Assembly (NCBI GenBank): GCA_963710755.1
Contig: CAVQBK010000013.1
Span: 192,001-256,000, forward strand
Length of the DNA: 64,000 bases
Source: an uncultured bacterium
GTDB taxonomy: Bacteria > Oederibacteriota > JAAXVQ01 > JAUVAV01
Reading direction: 5' to 3'
The notes beneath the pieces are model-generated. The model did no database searches. It saw nothing but the letters and a program-made list of their open reading frames with translations, and was not told the DNA's origin. The position numbers and the translations under genes were made by a program. The first letter of the stretch is position 1. Every line of letters starts with the position of its first letter. Below are positions 1-10,900 of the stretch, piece by piece.

Positions 1-1
1 C

Positions 2-400
2 CAACTTGAATTGAGGATGGTCGAGCAGCCCCACGCTCAATACTTCAGTGCTTTTTTGTCTGAGCGGTTTTTGCCAACCTTTAAGATAGATGCTTTCACC
101 GTCATAATAGAAAGCTCGCAGGATATCCTCACGCGCCTCTTCCAGGACACTTAAATTCTTGGAATTTTCATGGGCTTGCCCGGGCGTAAATTTGACTCTA
201 TAACTGAGGATGTCCTGAAGATAATGTTCCCAAGCTTCCATTAGTTTAAGTTTGTTTTTTTCCAAATAAAGATGATGGGCTTGGGCCAGATCAAATTCAA
301 TTTTCTCCCGGTTGTGGTTAAAGTCCGTTCTGAATAAATGGACCAAAAGCCCCAATACTAAAAATAGTATCATCCAACTTATAACCCTGGTTCTACTCAT
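2..400 (-). CDS. Hypothetical membrane-anchored protein, N-terminal part (runs off the left edge)
   Basis: Hand translation from ATG at 400 gives MSRTRVISWMILFLVLGLLVHLFRTDFNHNREKIEFDL... with no stop to the window edge; N-terminal hydrophobic helix. Absent from the ORF track. Confidence 0.7.
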   Translation of the reverse strand, partial: MSRTRVISWMILFLVLGLLVHLFRTDFNHNREKIEFDLAQAHHLYLEKNKLKLMEAWEHYLQDILSYRVKFTPGQAHENSKNLSVLEEAREDILRAFYYDGESIYLKGWQKPLRQKSTEVLSVGLLDHPQFKL

Positions 401-546
401 AGGCCTGCCTGCTCATGATTTCACCTAATGACAGTTTAGCTTGCTTTTACCCAAAAATTACCATCATTTGGTCATTAAATTGTCAAAATTTTGTCAACCC
501 CTGGTAGTATCGGCTTTTTAGCTTCGGTCCTTATTTTTTCCCATCA

Positions 547-575
547 TTGACAGGATTTGGAATGTTGCTTAAAAT
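547..575 (+). promoter_or_regulatory. Sigma70-type promoter for the TPR gene
   Basis: TTGACA-N17-TAAAAT ending 36 bp before the TTG start at 612. Confidence 0.65.
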
Positions 576-611
576 TATAATCATTTCCAGGCTTGACGAC
601 CGGAGTCATTT

Positions 612-2315
612 TTGAAAATCACTTTTCCTCCTGTTTTAAACAACCAGACGATCGCAGCCTTTGTGGTAAAAAACAGCGCCTACTACACGGCGGCCTGGAC
701 AAACCGCCCTTGGTATAAGCAATGGAATTGGTCCGCCGCCCTTTTCGGGCCATTCTGGCTGGCTTATCGCCGTCTTTATGGCTGGGCGTTGCTTTGTGCG
801 GGGCTGCTGGTTTGGGCCGATTTTTTGGTGACCAGCAGTCCATTTTATTTCACGGTGGCCATGGAGCCTTTTTTACTTACCGGTTGGCTGGGCAACAACC
901 TCTATGGCCATTCTTTTCGCCGATCCATGGTTTTGGACCACACCTCTAATATCCATTCTCCAGGCCCCCATTGGGCCATGCCTCTGGTACTGGCCGGGGT
1001 GATGATCGTGACCAGCGTGGGCCTGCCTTTTTTGTTCCGGCTGCCCCTTTACGCAAGCACCCACAGGGGTATTTTTATCCAGTCCCTGCTCTGGACCTGG
1101 TCCCACCCGTCTTCAGCGCTTGCTGAAATCACAGGATTACAAAATGAAGTTCAGCAGACTTATTGGAAGGGCGACTTCAAGAATAGTATTGCGCTCAGCC
1201 AGGGTGCTTTAGGTCTGGTCAACTTAAAATTCGGCCGCGACAACCCTTTGCGGTCCACATGGGAAACCATCCTGATTCAATTAAACCGGGAAGCCGGTCA
1301 TTATCAAGCTGCCCGCGCCTTGGCCGATGATATACTGCAACGCTATGAGACAGCTTGGGGTCCGGACAATATCTTCACAGCGCTGTTCACAGTTAACTTG
1401 GTGGATTTGGATATAGATCAAGGGCTTATGGACCAGGCCAAATCCAGGGCTTATAACAGCCTGATGCTTTGGGACCGCGTGCCTGACAACATTACCCAAC
1501 CAGTAATGGTGGCACAAAAAGCATCTTTATACAGTGACATGGGCGTCATCATGCAGAACTATGGTCGCATGGATGAGGCGCGCCGGTACCATCAGCAGGC
1601 CCTGCATCTCTATCAACAAGCTTATGGGGATCATACTCCGGGGGCTTGGCGTTATCTGATGCGCTTGGGAGATTATTATAAGGAAACTTTGCAATGGGAT
1701 AAGGCCGGGGACTTTTATCATCAAGCCTGGCGGCTGGTCAACCGCGGCCTGCCTGCCTCCAACCCTCTCACCCCGGTCCTATTGATTGCACTTGGTGATC
1801 TTGATTATCTTGAGCGCGATTACGATCAGGCGGCCCGCCGGCTGGAACAAGCGTTAGAGATAACCTATACCCTTTTTGGCAGGAATAATCTCCTTGCTGC
1901 CGCCGCCCTGCACAACTTGGGCAAGGTCATCTTTGCCAAAGGCAATCTCAAGGCCGCCGAGGCCAACCTCAAGCAGGCTTTGATGATGGTGGAAAAATCG
2001 ATTGGCCGTCACAACACCATCTATGCTGATTATAATCAGACCCTGGCTGATTTCTATTATTTTCGTAATCAAAGGGAGCAGGCCCGGAAACTGTTCCAGG
2101 AAAGTGTGACCCAATATACAGGCATTTACGGCTCTGATCATCCTCGCTTGATTTTCAGTTTGGAGAGACTGGCTGATCTGGCGGAAGAAGATGATGACTT
2201 GGGCCGGGCGGTGAGCTATTTAAAACAGGTTCACCTCATCCGGGATCATCATGGCCTTAAGGCCATCCCCAGCCGCCGACTGGTTGAATTGGATCGCGAA
2301 GGCATCAAACTTTAA
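612..2315 (+). CDS. DUF2628-like membrane domain fused to tetratricopeptide repeats
   Basis: N-terminal WNWSAALFGPFWLAYRRLY motif with TM helices; ~42-aa TPR-type repeats (e.g. ALHNLGKVIFAKGNLKAAEANLKQAL). Confidence 0.8.
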   Translation: MKITFPPVLNNQTIAAFVVKNSAYYTAAWTNRPWYKQWNWSAALFGPFWLAYRRLYGWALLCAGLLVWADFLVTSSPFYFTVAMEPFLLTGWLGNNLYGHSFRRSMVLDHTSNIHSPGPHWAMPLVLAGVMIVTSVGLPFLFRLPLYASTHRGIFIQSLLWTWSHPSSALAEITGLQNEVQQTYWKGDFKNSIALSQGALGLVNLKFGRDNPLRSTWETILIQLNREAGHYQAARALADDILQRYETAWGPDNIFTALFTVNLVDLDIDQGLMDQAKSRAYNSLMLWDRVPDNITQPVMVAQKASLYSDMGVIMQNYGRMDEARRYHQQALHLYQQAYGDHTPGAWRYLMRLGDYYKETLQWDKAGDFYHQAWRLVNRGLPASNPLTPVLLIALGDLDYLERDYDQAARRLEQALEITYTLFGRNNLLAAAALHNLGKVIFAKGNLKAAEANLKQALMMVEKSIGRHNTIYADYNQTLADFYYFRNQREQARKLFQESVTQYTGIYGSDHPRLIFSLERLADLAEEDDDLGRAVSYLKQVHLIRDHHGLKAIPSRRLVELDREGIKL

Positions 2316-2437
2316 AGGTTGATAAAAGAAGGCGCTGTGACAACTAATGCGTTGCTGTTGCGGAATAAATTATTTTTCATCGGCGGAGTCTATGGTTTGC
2401 GTTATCTGAACCAAGCGGCCCAAAATAAAAGGTTTCT

Positions 2438-2465
2438 TTAGGAGCGCGGCACGCCGTGCCCCCAC
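2438..2465. repeat. Degenerate REP-like palindrome
   Basis: ttaggagcgcggcacgccgtgcccccac resembles GTAG-family REPs (GTAGGGGCACGGC..GCCGTGCCCCTAC); lies between convergent genes. Confidence 0.45.
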
Positions 2466-2510
2466 ACCCACAGTCCAGTATAAAAATGGCCTTTCTCCTG
2501 CAAAAACAAC

Positions 2511-3923
2511 TTACCGGTTTGTTGTAGCCGGTAAGTCAGTGAGTTTGTTTTTGGTGACCAGTTGATCGGTCAGACGCAACCATTCAATCATCTGACGGTT
2601 GATGTTCATGGCCAAATCAATTTTGGCATACCGGTTGTCTGCCAGCTCCCGGGAAGCACCAATTACATCGTTTAATTCAGCCCGGCCTTGCAAATAATAG
2701 CGTTCTTCCTGAGCCAGGACGGTTTCATTTAATTGAATTTGCTGGTCCAGCACCGCCAGACGCATTTGACCATAACGCATCACCGTAAAGAGGCTTTGCA
2801 GCTGGTCCTGGAGGTGCTGTCCTAAGGCTTCTTTTTTCATGACATTTTGTTTGGCCTGAGCCTGCGCCAAGGCGTGTTTAAGGGACGGTTGTTGATCCAA
2901 AAAATCATAATGCATTTCCACGCCGGCCAGCCATTCCCGGCTGCGGTCCGTAATATCCTTTTCACCTTCGGTACGAAAACTCAGTACCAATTGCGCAGAA
3001 GGCATGAGGTCCTGCGCCCAGACTTGGGCTTCCACCCCGCTTTTTTCAATCAATCGGTCCAAAAGGGTAAAGGAACGGCTGTGAACCTTGACTTGAGCGA
3101 AAGTCTTTTCAAAAGAGTCCGGCAGAGGCCGGTAGGGCGGGATGGTGGCAGGAATTTCGTTTAGCGGCCCGGTCCATCCTGTATAATGCTGAATGGTTTT
3201 AAGCAAAGCCTGCAATTCCTGTTCCCGGGCCAATAGGGTTTCCTGACTTTCCAGAACCTGCAATTTAATTTTATTCACATCCAGCTGATCGGCAATCTTT
3301 TGGCGAAACCGTTCCTGAATGTTGTTTAATAATCTTTCCTGCTGGTTTAATATTTTCTTTGCAGCTTCCACTTGAGCCCAGCGCGCCACCCAGGTGTAAT
3401 AGAGATCCATCAATTCCGCCAGGTAGTCTTCATAGGCCTCTAAAATCTGGTAAGTAGCGACCTCCACTTCCAAACCCTTCAGCTTGGTCAACAAGCGATG
3501 GGTGTGACCAAAAGCGTTGTTCAGGAATGGTTGGGCAAGGCTAAAAGACGCTGTGCTCACTGCTCGGTCCAGAATATTACTGCTGCCGTAGGTCACCGCA
3601 GCCTGAACCTGGGTGCCCAGGGCGGCCAGCAGTCCCTGCACCTGCAGGCCCGCCTCCGGTCCAACGTCATCATCAGGCTGCAGGCGCAGATGATAATTGG
3701 CGCTGGCGCTTAAAAGCAATTGATCGGAAGGCACACCCAGAGCAGCTTGATATTCCTGCACCAGGGCCTCACTTAAGATAACCTGAAATTGCCGGTCCTG
3801 TTGACAGACGGCCTGGATAAACGCGTCAATAGCCATAGGTTGAGCCTGGACCAAATTCGGACTGAAGAACAAAAAGCCAAGTGTCACGACAACAGCTAAA
3901 CAGCCCGGCACTCTGTGCATCAT
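2511..3923 (-). CDS. TolC-family outer membrane efflux protein
   Basis: Signal peptide, two-fold helical repeat pattern, 470 aa; overlaps the RND stop codon (ATGA). Confidence 0.8.
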   Translation of the reverse strand: MMHRVPGCLAVVVTLGFLFFSPNLVQAQPMAIDAFIQAVCQQDRQFQVILSEALVQEYQAALGVPSDQLLLSASANYHLRLQPDDDVGPEAGLQVQGLLAALGTQVQAAVTYGSSNILDRAVSTASFSLAQPFLNNAFGHTHRLLTKLKGLEVEVATYQILEAYEDYLAELMDLYYTWVARWAQVEAAKKILNQQERLLNNIQERFRQKIADQLDVNKIKLQVLESQETLLAREQELQALLKTIQHYTGWTGPLNEIPATIPPYRPLPDSFEKTFAQVKVHSRSFTLLDRLIEKSGVEAQVWAQDLMPSAQLVLSFRTEGEKDITDRSREWLAGVEMHYDFLDQQPSLKHALAQAQAKQNVMKKEALGQHLQDQLQSLFTVMRYGQMRLAVLDQQIQLNETVLAQEERYYLQGRAELNDVIGASRELADNRYAKIDLAMNINRQMIEWLRLTDQLVTKNKLTDLPATTNR

Positions 3924-6900
3924 GAGGACGCTCCTTTACTGGTCCATTTATGCCGCATAGTACTGAGCAGGCTGTAAAGGGCCGGCACCAACAACAAGGT
4001 AATCATGGTTGAAAATAAAAGTCCCCAGGCCAGGGCCAGCATCATCTCGGCCAGCATGGCATCATAACCGGCCCAGCCGTAGGCGGTGGGCAAAATGGCC
4101 ACCACGGTGGTCAAGGTGGTTAACATCACGGCCCGTAGACGGGTTTGTGCTATTTCTGCAATTTGCTGATTGGACATTTCCTGATGACGGCCGCGGTCAT
4201 ATTCACGATCTAATTTGGAAAGCATCACAATGGAATCATTGACCACTACGCCGGTGAGGCCGAGCAAGCCCACAGCAGCCATAAACCCGAACTCCGTCAT
4301 GCCGTGGGCCCAAAAGGCGAAGACCACGCCGATCACGCCAAATGGAATGGAGAGCATGATCAACAGAGGTTTGACCAGTGAATTAAAGAGCAAGGCCAGC
4401 ACCAGGTATATCAGACCCACCACCAAGGCAATGGCTAAAATGAACGCTCCGCCCGATTCCCTGGTATCTTTGATTTCCCCGCCAAAACTGAGTCGCGTGG
4501 AAGGTGAGTCGGCAATAAGATCTGGAAATAATGTCGTTTCCGCCTGTTCGGCGATTTCCAAAGGCGTCAGGCGATGGCCGTCCTTTAAATCGGCAAATAC
4601 CGAGGTGGTACGTTTCAATTCTTCCCGGTAAATGGAACTGGGTGTTTTCACTTTCCTTACGGTAACCAGATCCTTAAGCGGCACCAGGTAATGGCCATTG
4701 TTTTCGATGGGGATGTCAAGCAGGGTGCGCAGATCCTGTTTATTTTTGGTCATAGCCGTTAGCCGCACGTCAATAGTTTCATCATCTCCTGACAATTCAT
4801 AAAGCACCTTACCGTCCACCATGGCCCGCAGGGAGCTGCCGATAACACTGGGATTAATACCCAGGCGTTTTATTTTTTCCCGGTCCAGCTTCAACTTGAA
4901 TTCTTGATTAGGTTTAGGCTCATCGATTTCCACATGGGTCAGGTCGGGCAGCTTTTTGAAAGCAGCGACTAATTCCCGGGCAATGGTTTCCCGTTTTTGA
5001 TCATTGTTTTCCTGCACCAGCACCTCAATCGGGCTGCCACTGGCCTGCCCAAAGTGGCTCTTGGCCACCATTAATTTGTTGATCCCGGGCACGGCCTTCA
5101 TCTTTTCTTCCCAGCGTTTGGCCAGGGCGGCACTGGCGATGGTGCGCTTTTCCTTGGGCACCAGCTCGATAAGCAGCCGGAATTGGTTTTCCTTGACCGC
5201 GCTTCCCCGCCGGCTCATGGCAATGGCTGTTCGGTAGCCCACCACTTCTTTGCCTACATACGGATCGAGCTTGGCTTCCAGTGTACGTACCAGTTGCTCG
5301 GTTTGAAAACGATTGGCATCATCGGGTGCAAAGCCGGTAATGAAAACTTCGGTTGTTTCTTCATTAGGAAACATAACGAAACGCATCTGGCTTTTAACCA
5401 GCCAAATCGCGCTGGTGAACATCAGGAGAAAAACCAGAAAAACAATCCCTTTGTGGACCAGCACCTTGTTCAGAAGGCGGCCATAAGCAGCTTCCACTGC
5501 CAGGAACCAATGACGGTCATTGGTCACGTCCGATTGGACAACGCCCTTGGGGCGATGGTTGCGTAGAAAGTAACGTTCGATCAAAGGCAGCGTGCCCAGC
5601 GAGAAGGCCACCCGCAGCCAGCGCGGCACATCAATTTTCATATGCGCCGGCAAAATAAACACCGATTCAAAAAGGCTGGCGCCGAGCATCATGGTGACGA
5701 TGGCAGGAATATAGGCCACCATCCGGCCCATATGGCCGGGAAAATCAAGTAAGGGAATAAACGCCACGCAGGTGGTGACAATGCTGGCGAGAATAGGTAA
5801 AAAAACATAGCTGGTACCTTTAACCACGGCCTCGTCCATGGTCATGCCCTGTGATCGAAAGCGGGAAATGTTTTCAGCCACTACAATGGCGTCGTCCACG
5901 ATCATGCCCATCACAATAATAACCGCGGCCAAGGTAATGTTGTTGATGGTATAGCCGATAAAGTGGACAAAAATCATGGTCAAGCAAAAAGTAAAAGGAA
6001 TGCCCATGGCCACCCATAAGCTGGATTTGAGATCAAGAAAAATAAGGAGCATGACCAGTACCAGCACAAATCCGATCAGCCCATTCCATCCGATCAGACT
6101 GAGACGATTGCGTACATCCCGCGATTCGTCATCCAGCAGCAGTACGGCCATTTTCTGTTCTCCCAGATGGCCGCTCTGAAAGCCGGCCACTTCCTCGTGC
6201 ACCGCAGCCATGGCATCGAGAATTCCGGTACTGCTGCTTTTAACCACGCGCAAGAACAATCCTTCATGTCCGTTGATCTTGCGGATGGCGGTGGTTTCCT
6301 GATACCCCTCTTTAATAGTGGCCAGTTCCCGCAGGCGCACCGGTTGGCCTTCAAAGCTGCCTTGAACAATGACCTGATTCAATTTCTGAACCGTGTCCAG
6401 CTCCGCATCAATGGTCACCTTGGATTCATTACGGTCTTTAAGGCTGCCGGCCGGGATGCGCAGATGATTGTTTTGAATCTCCTGAATGACTTGGTTGAAA
6501 GAAAGGTTGTAAGCCCGCAGCTTGTTCGGGTTGAGTTCGATCTGGATTTCCGGCTGTAAATAGCCGGAATACTCCACCCGGCTGATCTCCGGCCGCGAAA
6601 GCAAGCGGTTTTCCAGAGCCAGGGCTACCTGCTGCAAGGCTTGACGCCGGGCAGTGTTCAACAGATGGACATCGGTGGGATAAACAGCGATATCCACAAT
6701 GGCTTTTTGGGAGGTTTTAAACACACGAAATTGCGGATCATCGAGGATGTCTTCTGGCAAGTTGACATCCATCACCGTGTTTTTTATATCCGTAATAACT
6801 TCGCTTTTATTGTCCAGGTTGGGCTCTAGCTCGACATTAATGCTGGCCACACCGGAACTGCTGTTGCTGGTCACCCGGTAGATGCCGTCTACACCTCGCA

Positions 6901-7135
6901 ACTCCTCTTCGATGGGACGGGTAACAAAATGTTCCACGTCATCCGCTGTGGCGCCGGAATAATGGACGGTGATACGCATGGTATCAAAGGTAATATCCGG
7001 CAGTTCTTCCTTCATGGTATGAAACCAAAAGTAAGCACCAAAAACGAAAACCGTGATAAAAATAAGGTTGGTCAGAAGATGGCGCTTGGCGAAATAACTA
7101 ATGAGTGTTTCCCACATACTTGCTTGCTCTTTCAT
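3920..7135 (-). CDS. RND efflux permease (AcrB/AcrD/AcrF family)
   Basis: 1071 aa; GMIVDDAIVVAENI, GVVVNDSIV and RLRAVMLTTLTT motifs; 12-TM layout. Confidence 0.95.
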   Translation of the reverse strand: MKEQASMWETLISYFAKRHLLTNLIFITVFVFGAYFWFHTMKEELPDITFDTMRITVHYSGATADDVEHFVTRPIEEELRGVDGIYRVTSNSSSGVASINVELEPNLDNKSEVITDIKNTVMDVNLPEDILDDPQFRVFKTSQKAIVDIAVYPTDVHLLNTARRQALQQVALALENRLLSRPEISRVEYSGYLQPEIQIELNPNKLRAYNLSFNQVIQEIQNNHLRIPAGSLKDRNESKVTIDAELDTVQKLNQVIVQGSFEGQPVRLRELATIKEGYQETTAIRKINGHEGLFLRVVKSSSTGILDAMAAVHEEVAGFQSGHLGEQKMAVLLLDDESRDVRNRLSLIGWNGLIGFVLVLVMLLIFLDLKSSLWVAMGIPFTFCLTMIFVHFIGYTINNITLAAVIIVMGMIVDDAIVVAENISRFRSQGMTMDEAVVKGTSYVFLPILASIVTTCVAFIPLLDFPGHMGRMVAYIPAIVTMMLGASLFESVFILPAHMKIDVPRWLRVAFSLGTLPLIERYFLRNHRPKGVVQSDVTNDRHWFLAVEAAYGRLLNKVLVHKGIVFLVFLLMFTSAIWLVKSQMRFVMFPNEETTEVFITGFAPDDANRFQTEQLVRTLEAKLDPYVGKEVVGYRTAIAMSRRGSAVKENQFRLLIELVPKEKRTIASAALAKRWEEKMKAVPGINKLMVAKSHFGQASGSPIEVLVQENNDQKRETIARELVAAFKKLPDLTHVEIDEPKPNQEFKLKLDREKIKRLGINPSVIGSSLRAMVDGKVLYELSGDDETIDVRLTAMTKNKQDLRTLLDIPIENNGHYLVPLKDLVTVRKVKTPSSIYREELKRTTSVFADLKDGHRLTPLEIAEQAETTLFPDLIADSPSTRLSFGGEIKDTRESGGAFILAIALVVGLIYLVLALLFNSLVKPLLIMLSIPFGVIGVVFAFWAHGMTEFGFMAAVGLLGLTGVVVNDSIVMLSKLDREYDRGRHQEMSNQQIAEIAQTRLRAVMLTTLTTVVAILPTAYGWAGYDAMLAEMMLALAWGLLFSTMITLLLVPALYSLLSTMRHKWTSKGASS

Positions 7136-7260
7136 GGTGCTTTTGATGGTGCGGCCCGGATGCCGACCCCGGGCCGGCCGCGCAATGGTGGTTTGCTGAT
7201 TTCAACACTTAGCCATTATAGCCCAAGGCGGTTAAAGATAAAGTTTTTTTCATTTAAAGC

Positions 7261-7289
7261 TTGCCATTTTAGCGGTTGTATCCCATAAT
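7261..7289 (+). promoter_or_regulatory. Sigma70-type promoter
   Basis: TTGCCA-N17-CATAAT upstream of ORF 7379 (RBS AAGGAGG). Confidence 0.5.
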
Positions 7290-7378
7290 TTCTTCGTTGT
7301 TTCATTTGGGGGGTAAACCATTACCGCCATCTTTCGCCGCCACGCTTTAGGTTTTAAGACAACTTAAAGGAGGCTGTC

Positions 7379-7825
7379 ATGTTCAAACTTTTCAAACAAC
7401 CCTTATTTTATTTGTTCCTCGCTTTTTCCTTCATTTTTACGGTGGCCATTCATCCGGTTCCCTATTTAACCATGCCGGACTACGTGTATTTTTTTGGAAT
7501 CTTCATTTTAGCCATAGGCATCATCATCCTTATCGACTGCCTGACCCTGTTCATTAAAAAACAAATCCAGTGCGGGTTTGACAATACCATTGATTTTGTG
7601 GCTGAAGGCATCTATTTGTATAGCCGCAATCCTGATTATATCAGTCTGCTGTTTATTCTCACGGGCACGGCCCTGATGAGCCTTAATGGCCTGGCATTAT
7701 TAGCCCCGCTCACCTTTTACTACCTCTGCAATCACTGGTTTATTCCCCAGGAAGAATATGAAATGATCCGTGACTATGGTGCTGAATACGCCAATTTTCA
7801 GAACAAAGTGAAACGTTGGATTTAA
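7379..7825 (+). CDS. Isoprenylcysteine carboxylmethyltransferase / PEMT family membrane protein
   Basis: GIYLYSRNPDY and EE..M...YG.EY..F...V.RWI motifs. Confidence 0.85.
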   Translation: MFKLFKQPLFYLFLAFSFIFTVAIHPVPYLTMPDYVYFFGIFILAIGIIILIDCLTLFIKKQIQCGFDNTIDFVAEGIYLYSRNPDYISLLFILTGTALMSLNGLALLAPLTFYYLCNHWFIPQEEYEMIRDYGAEYANFQNKVKRWI

Positions 7826-7990
7826 CTTCCAACTTTTCCAACCACTATAGATTGTTCTTGTTTAAAATCAAATAAATCAAGGCCGGTGAATGCCGCATCA
7901 AAATGCATAAACAAACCCTCATCCGTCCCAAAGGGGAGAGGGGTTGGCTGGTCTTTCATTTAAAACAAATTCTAATGTCGCTGGCCTCTG

Positions 7991-10900
7991 TCAGGCGGAT
8001 GACCCTAGGGTTCTGCGGATGCGATAACGTTGTCTTGGTTGGTTCCGTTCTTGTCTCTGCCATGGTTTAAGCAGCCCGCTTTCCCATAAGGTTCGCACTG
8101 CCATCACCCCCAAACCCAAGCCTGCAATCACATGAGGCCATAGCCCCATGTCCAGGATATGCAGGCCCGCCACCAAGGCCGCCATGGTAACCGCGTAATG
8201 GCTCAAGGGCTGATTCCCGTTTAATTTATTATGTTTCTGTGCTTGATTAGAGTTGCCTTGGATGTCAAGCAAGCGACTCACGTGCAGGGTTAGGGTTTTA
8301 CCATCATCGCTGACTGAAAACGGAATACCGTAAACTTCCCCTGCTTTGGCCAACCCAACTTGTTTAAATGCCATTAGGGGTTGTTGGGCAGGTATGGCTT
8401 TCAGGATATTGCTTAACACATTGGCCGTTTTCTCCACAGCTTCGGTAAGCGATAAGCCAGACGCTTCCAGATTACGGATATCCGTTCGGATCACCATATT
8501 CTTTCTACTTTGACTGGCCGCCAATTGGGCAAGAAGCCGCATCCATTTGACATAGTGGTCAAAGCTTGGGTCTCTTTGTACCAAGGCATGGGAGAGGTGG
8601 ACAATATTATCTAATAAATCCACGTTGACTTTTAGTATTTTACGATAGCGTCCCTCTTCTTTGCCGAACAATTGGCTAATTTTCTCTTTTAACGTCTCTT
8701 TAGCAATTTGATTAAGGGGATGGGCGGCAATGGTGCTTCTGGCCATAGTTTCCAAGCGATATTGATCATAATGCTGAGCCATCATTTCCGCACTTCTGGG
8801 ATAAGCCATAATCTCGCCCAACTGTTCCACTTGGTGAGAAAGCTTGATATTATCTTTTTGGGCTATGACATCAAGAGCATTAAGGGCTTGCACCATCCAG
8901 AAAGGCAATCGTGATTTAAAAATCACCTTGGATAAAAGCAGTGATTCCCGCCGTTCCCCCAACCGGACCTGACCCAGGTAGGAATGGTAACGAATCAAAT
9001 TAACCGCCATTTTACGCACCCGGGTGGAGACTTTTTGTTTTTTCAAATACGTATCCGCCCATTGAGCACTTGCATCCTCATGGCCGTCCTGGCCCGGTGC
9101 AAAGGACAAGGCTACATCATGCAGGGCCACGGCCCAGAGAAAGGCCATTTGTTCTTCCAGAAAAGCGGACGTGAACCATGGCCGGAACAATCGCTGAACC
9201 GGTTTTTGCAATGCCGGGGGAAAGGCATTCCATTGTCGATCCTGAACGTTTTTGAAAAACTGCCAAGCCAGATGCATGCGTTTACCCCGGGATGGACTCA
9301 TTTGGCTAGCTATTTTTGTTACCTCACCATCGGCCAGGAGACGCTGTTGTGCCAATTGTTTAATTTCCAGCTCATCCAATTTACCCAGACGTAGCCAAAT
9401 CTGCCGCCCTTCAATGTATACCGGCAATCCAAATACACCACGAAAATTATTTTTTTTCAGTTCGCCAGCCACTTGCTCTGCCGTTGTGTTGGGATGCTTT
9501 TCTAAAATTTGAATAAAATATTTTAAAATGCTTTCGTCCGAGCGTAGGTGGCCGTAGTCTGAGTGAATAATAAGATCCTTTCGAACTTTACCCGTGGTGA
9601 CGGCCAGGCTTAACTGAGTAAGCAATTTCATCAGACGCAGATAGAGGTCCGGCCTGCTTTTGTGTATATCCAAAGCAAGGTGGCGCACGTGGTCGACCAT
9701 ATCCACTTGTCCGCCCAATTGGTGCAGTAACAGGTTGGCTTCCGGGCCAAATTCTGCTTGGATCTTCGGATCGTCTTTCGGATCAAAAGATCGGCTAGGA
9801 TCGAAATCCCTCCAATTTTGTGATCGAAAACTATCGAGACGATAACCTGCCAGGCCTTCGCCGGCAGCAGGAGCTTGATTGTTAAAGTGGATAATATTGT
9901 CCAGTTCCGCTTGGGACAATGCATTTAAATGCCCCAGGCGGGCAACAGCTTCCATGGTATGCATAATTTGCACCAGACTGAATTTCAAACGGCTGGTCAC
10001 CAAGGCGCGATGAAGGGAGGCATAGCGGATTTCCCCCAACCGGGCTTGGCCCATAAGAGACTGGATTTTTATGAGGCGCAGGGTAAGGTCGCGAATTTCG
10101 GGCAGCACCCGCAGGCGGTCGAGGATATCCTTGGCCACAGCACCACCGCGCTCTTCATGACCATAAGCTTCAGGATCAAGATAAAAACCCAAATCCTTAA
10201 GTCGCATAGCCCATCCCAGTGCCTGCTTTTCCACATATGTCGCATTTTGCCATGCTTGGTGCAATACCTGCAACTGAGTTTGATAGTCTTGGTCTCTGGA
10301 AAAATCCTGCCACTGGCTATCTACAAAACTGAAAAACGCACTTAACCCATGACGAATAAGACTGGCCCTTTGGGGAAGCCTTTGCCTCAGGGCTTTGAAT
10401 TCGGGCAGGCTATCCATATTAAGGTGACGATCCAGGGCATTGATTGGGGTTATCCGGAGATGTTCGTAACGTTTTTTCCAAACAGAAGGGCGAAAATAGA
10501 CAAAGGTATTCTTCTCCCACGCTTTCACATATCCTTGGTAAAAACTGTTCAACTCCTCCAGTCCGTGGCTACCATAGTTTTGGCTGATTAAAGCCTTCAA
10601 GGACTCACCCTTTAATAAAGCTTTATAAAAGGTTACCGCCTTTTGCCGCGCTTCCACTTCTCCAAAAGCAAGATATTTTTCATAATAGAGGTTGGCCAAG
10701 TCAGGGAGGAAATGAATATTACTCATTCCTCTTTGGGCACGAAACGCCACTTCAATACCGTTTTCCATAGTTTCTTGCCAACGGTCAAAATAAATTTTGG
10801 CTGGTCCCATTAACCCCAACCCAAGAAGGATCCGAGCCTGGGCCCCGATAATGTCCCAGGCTTGACTGAAATAGCCTTGGTTAATAAGGCCGGCCGTAAG

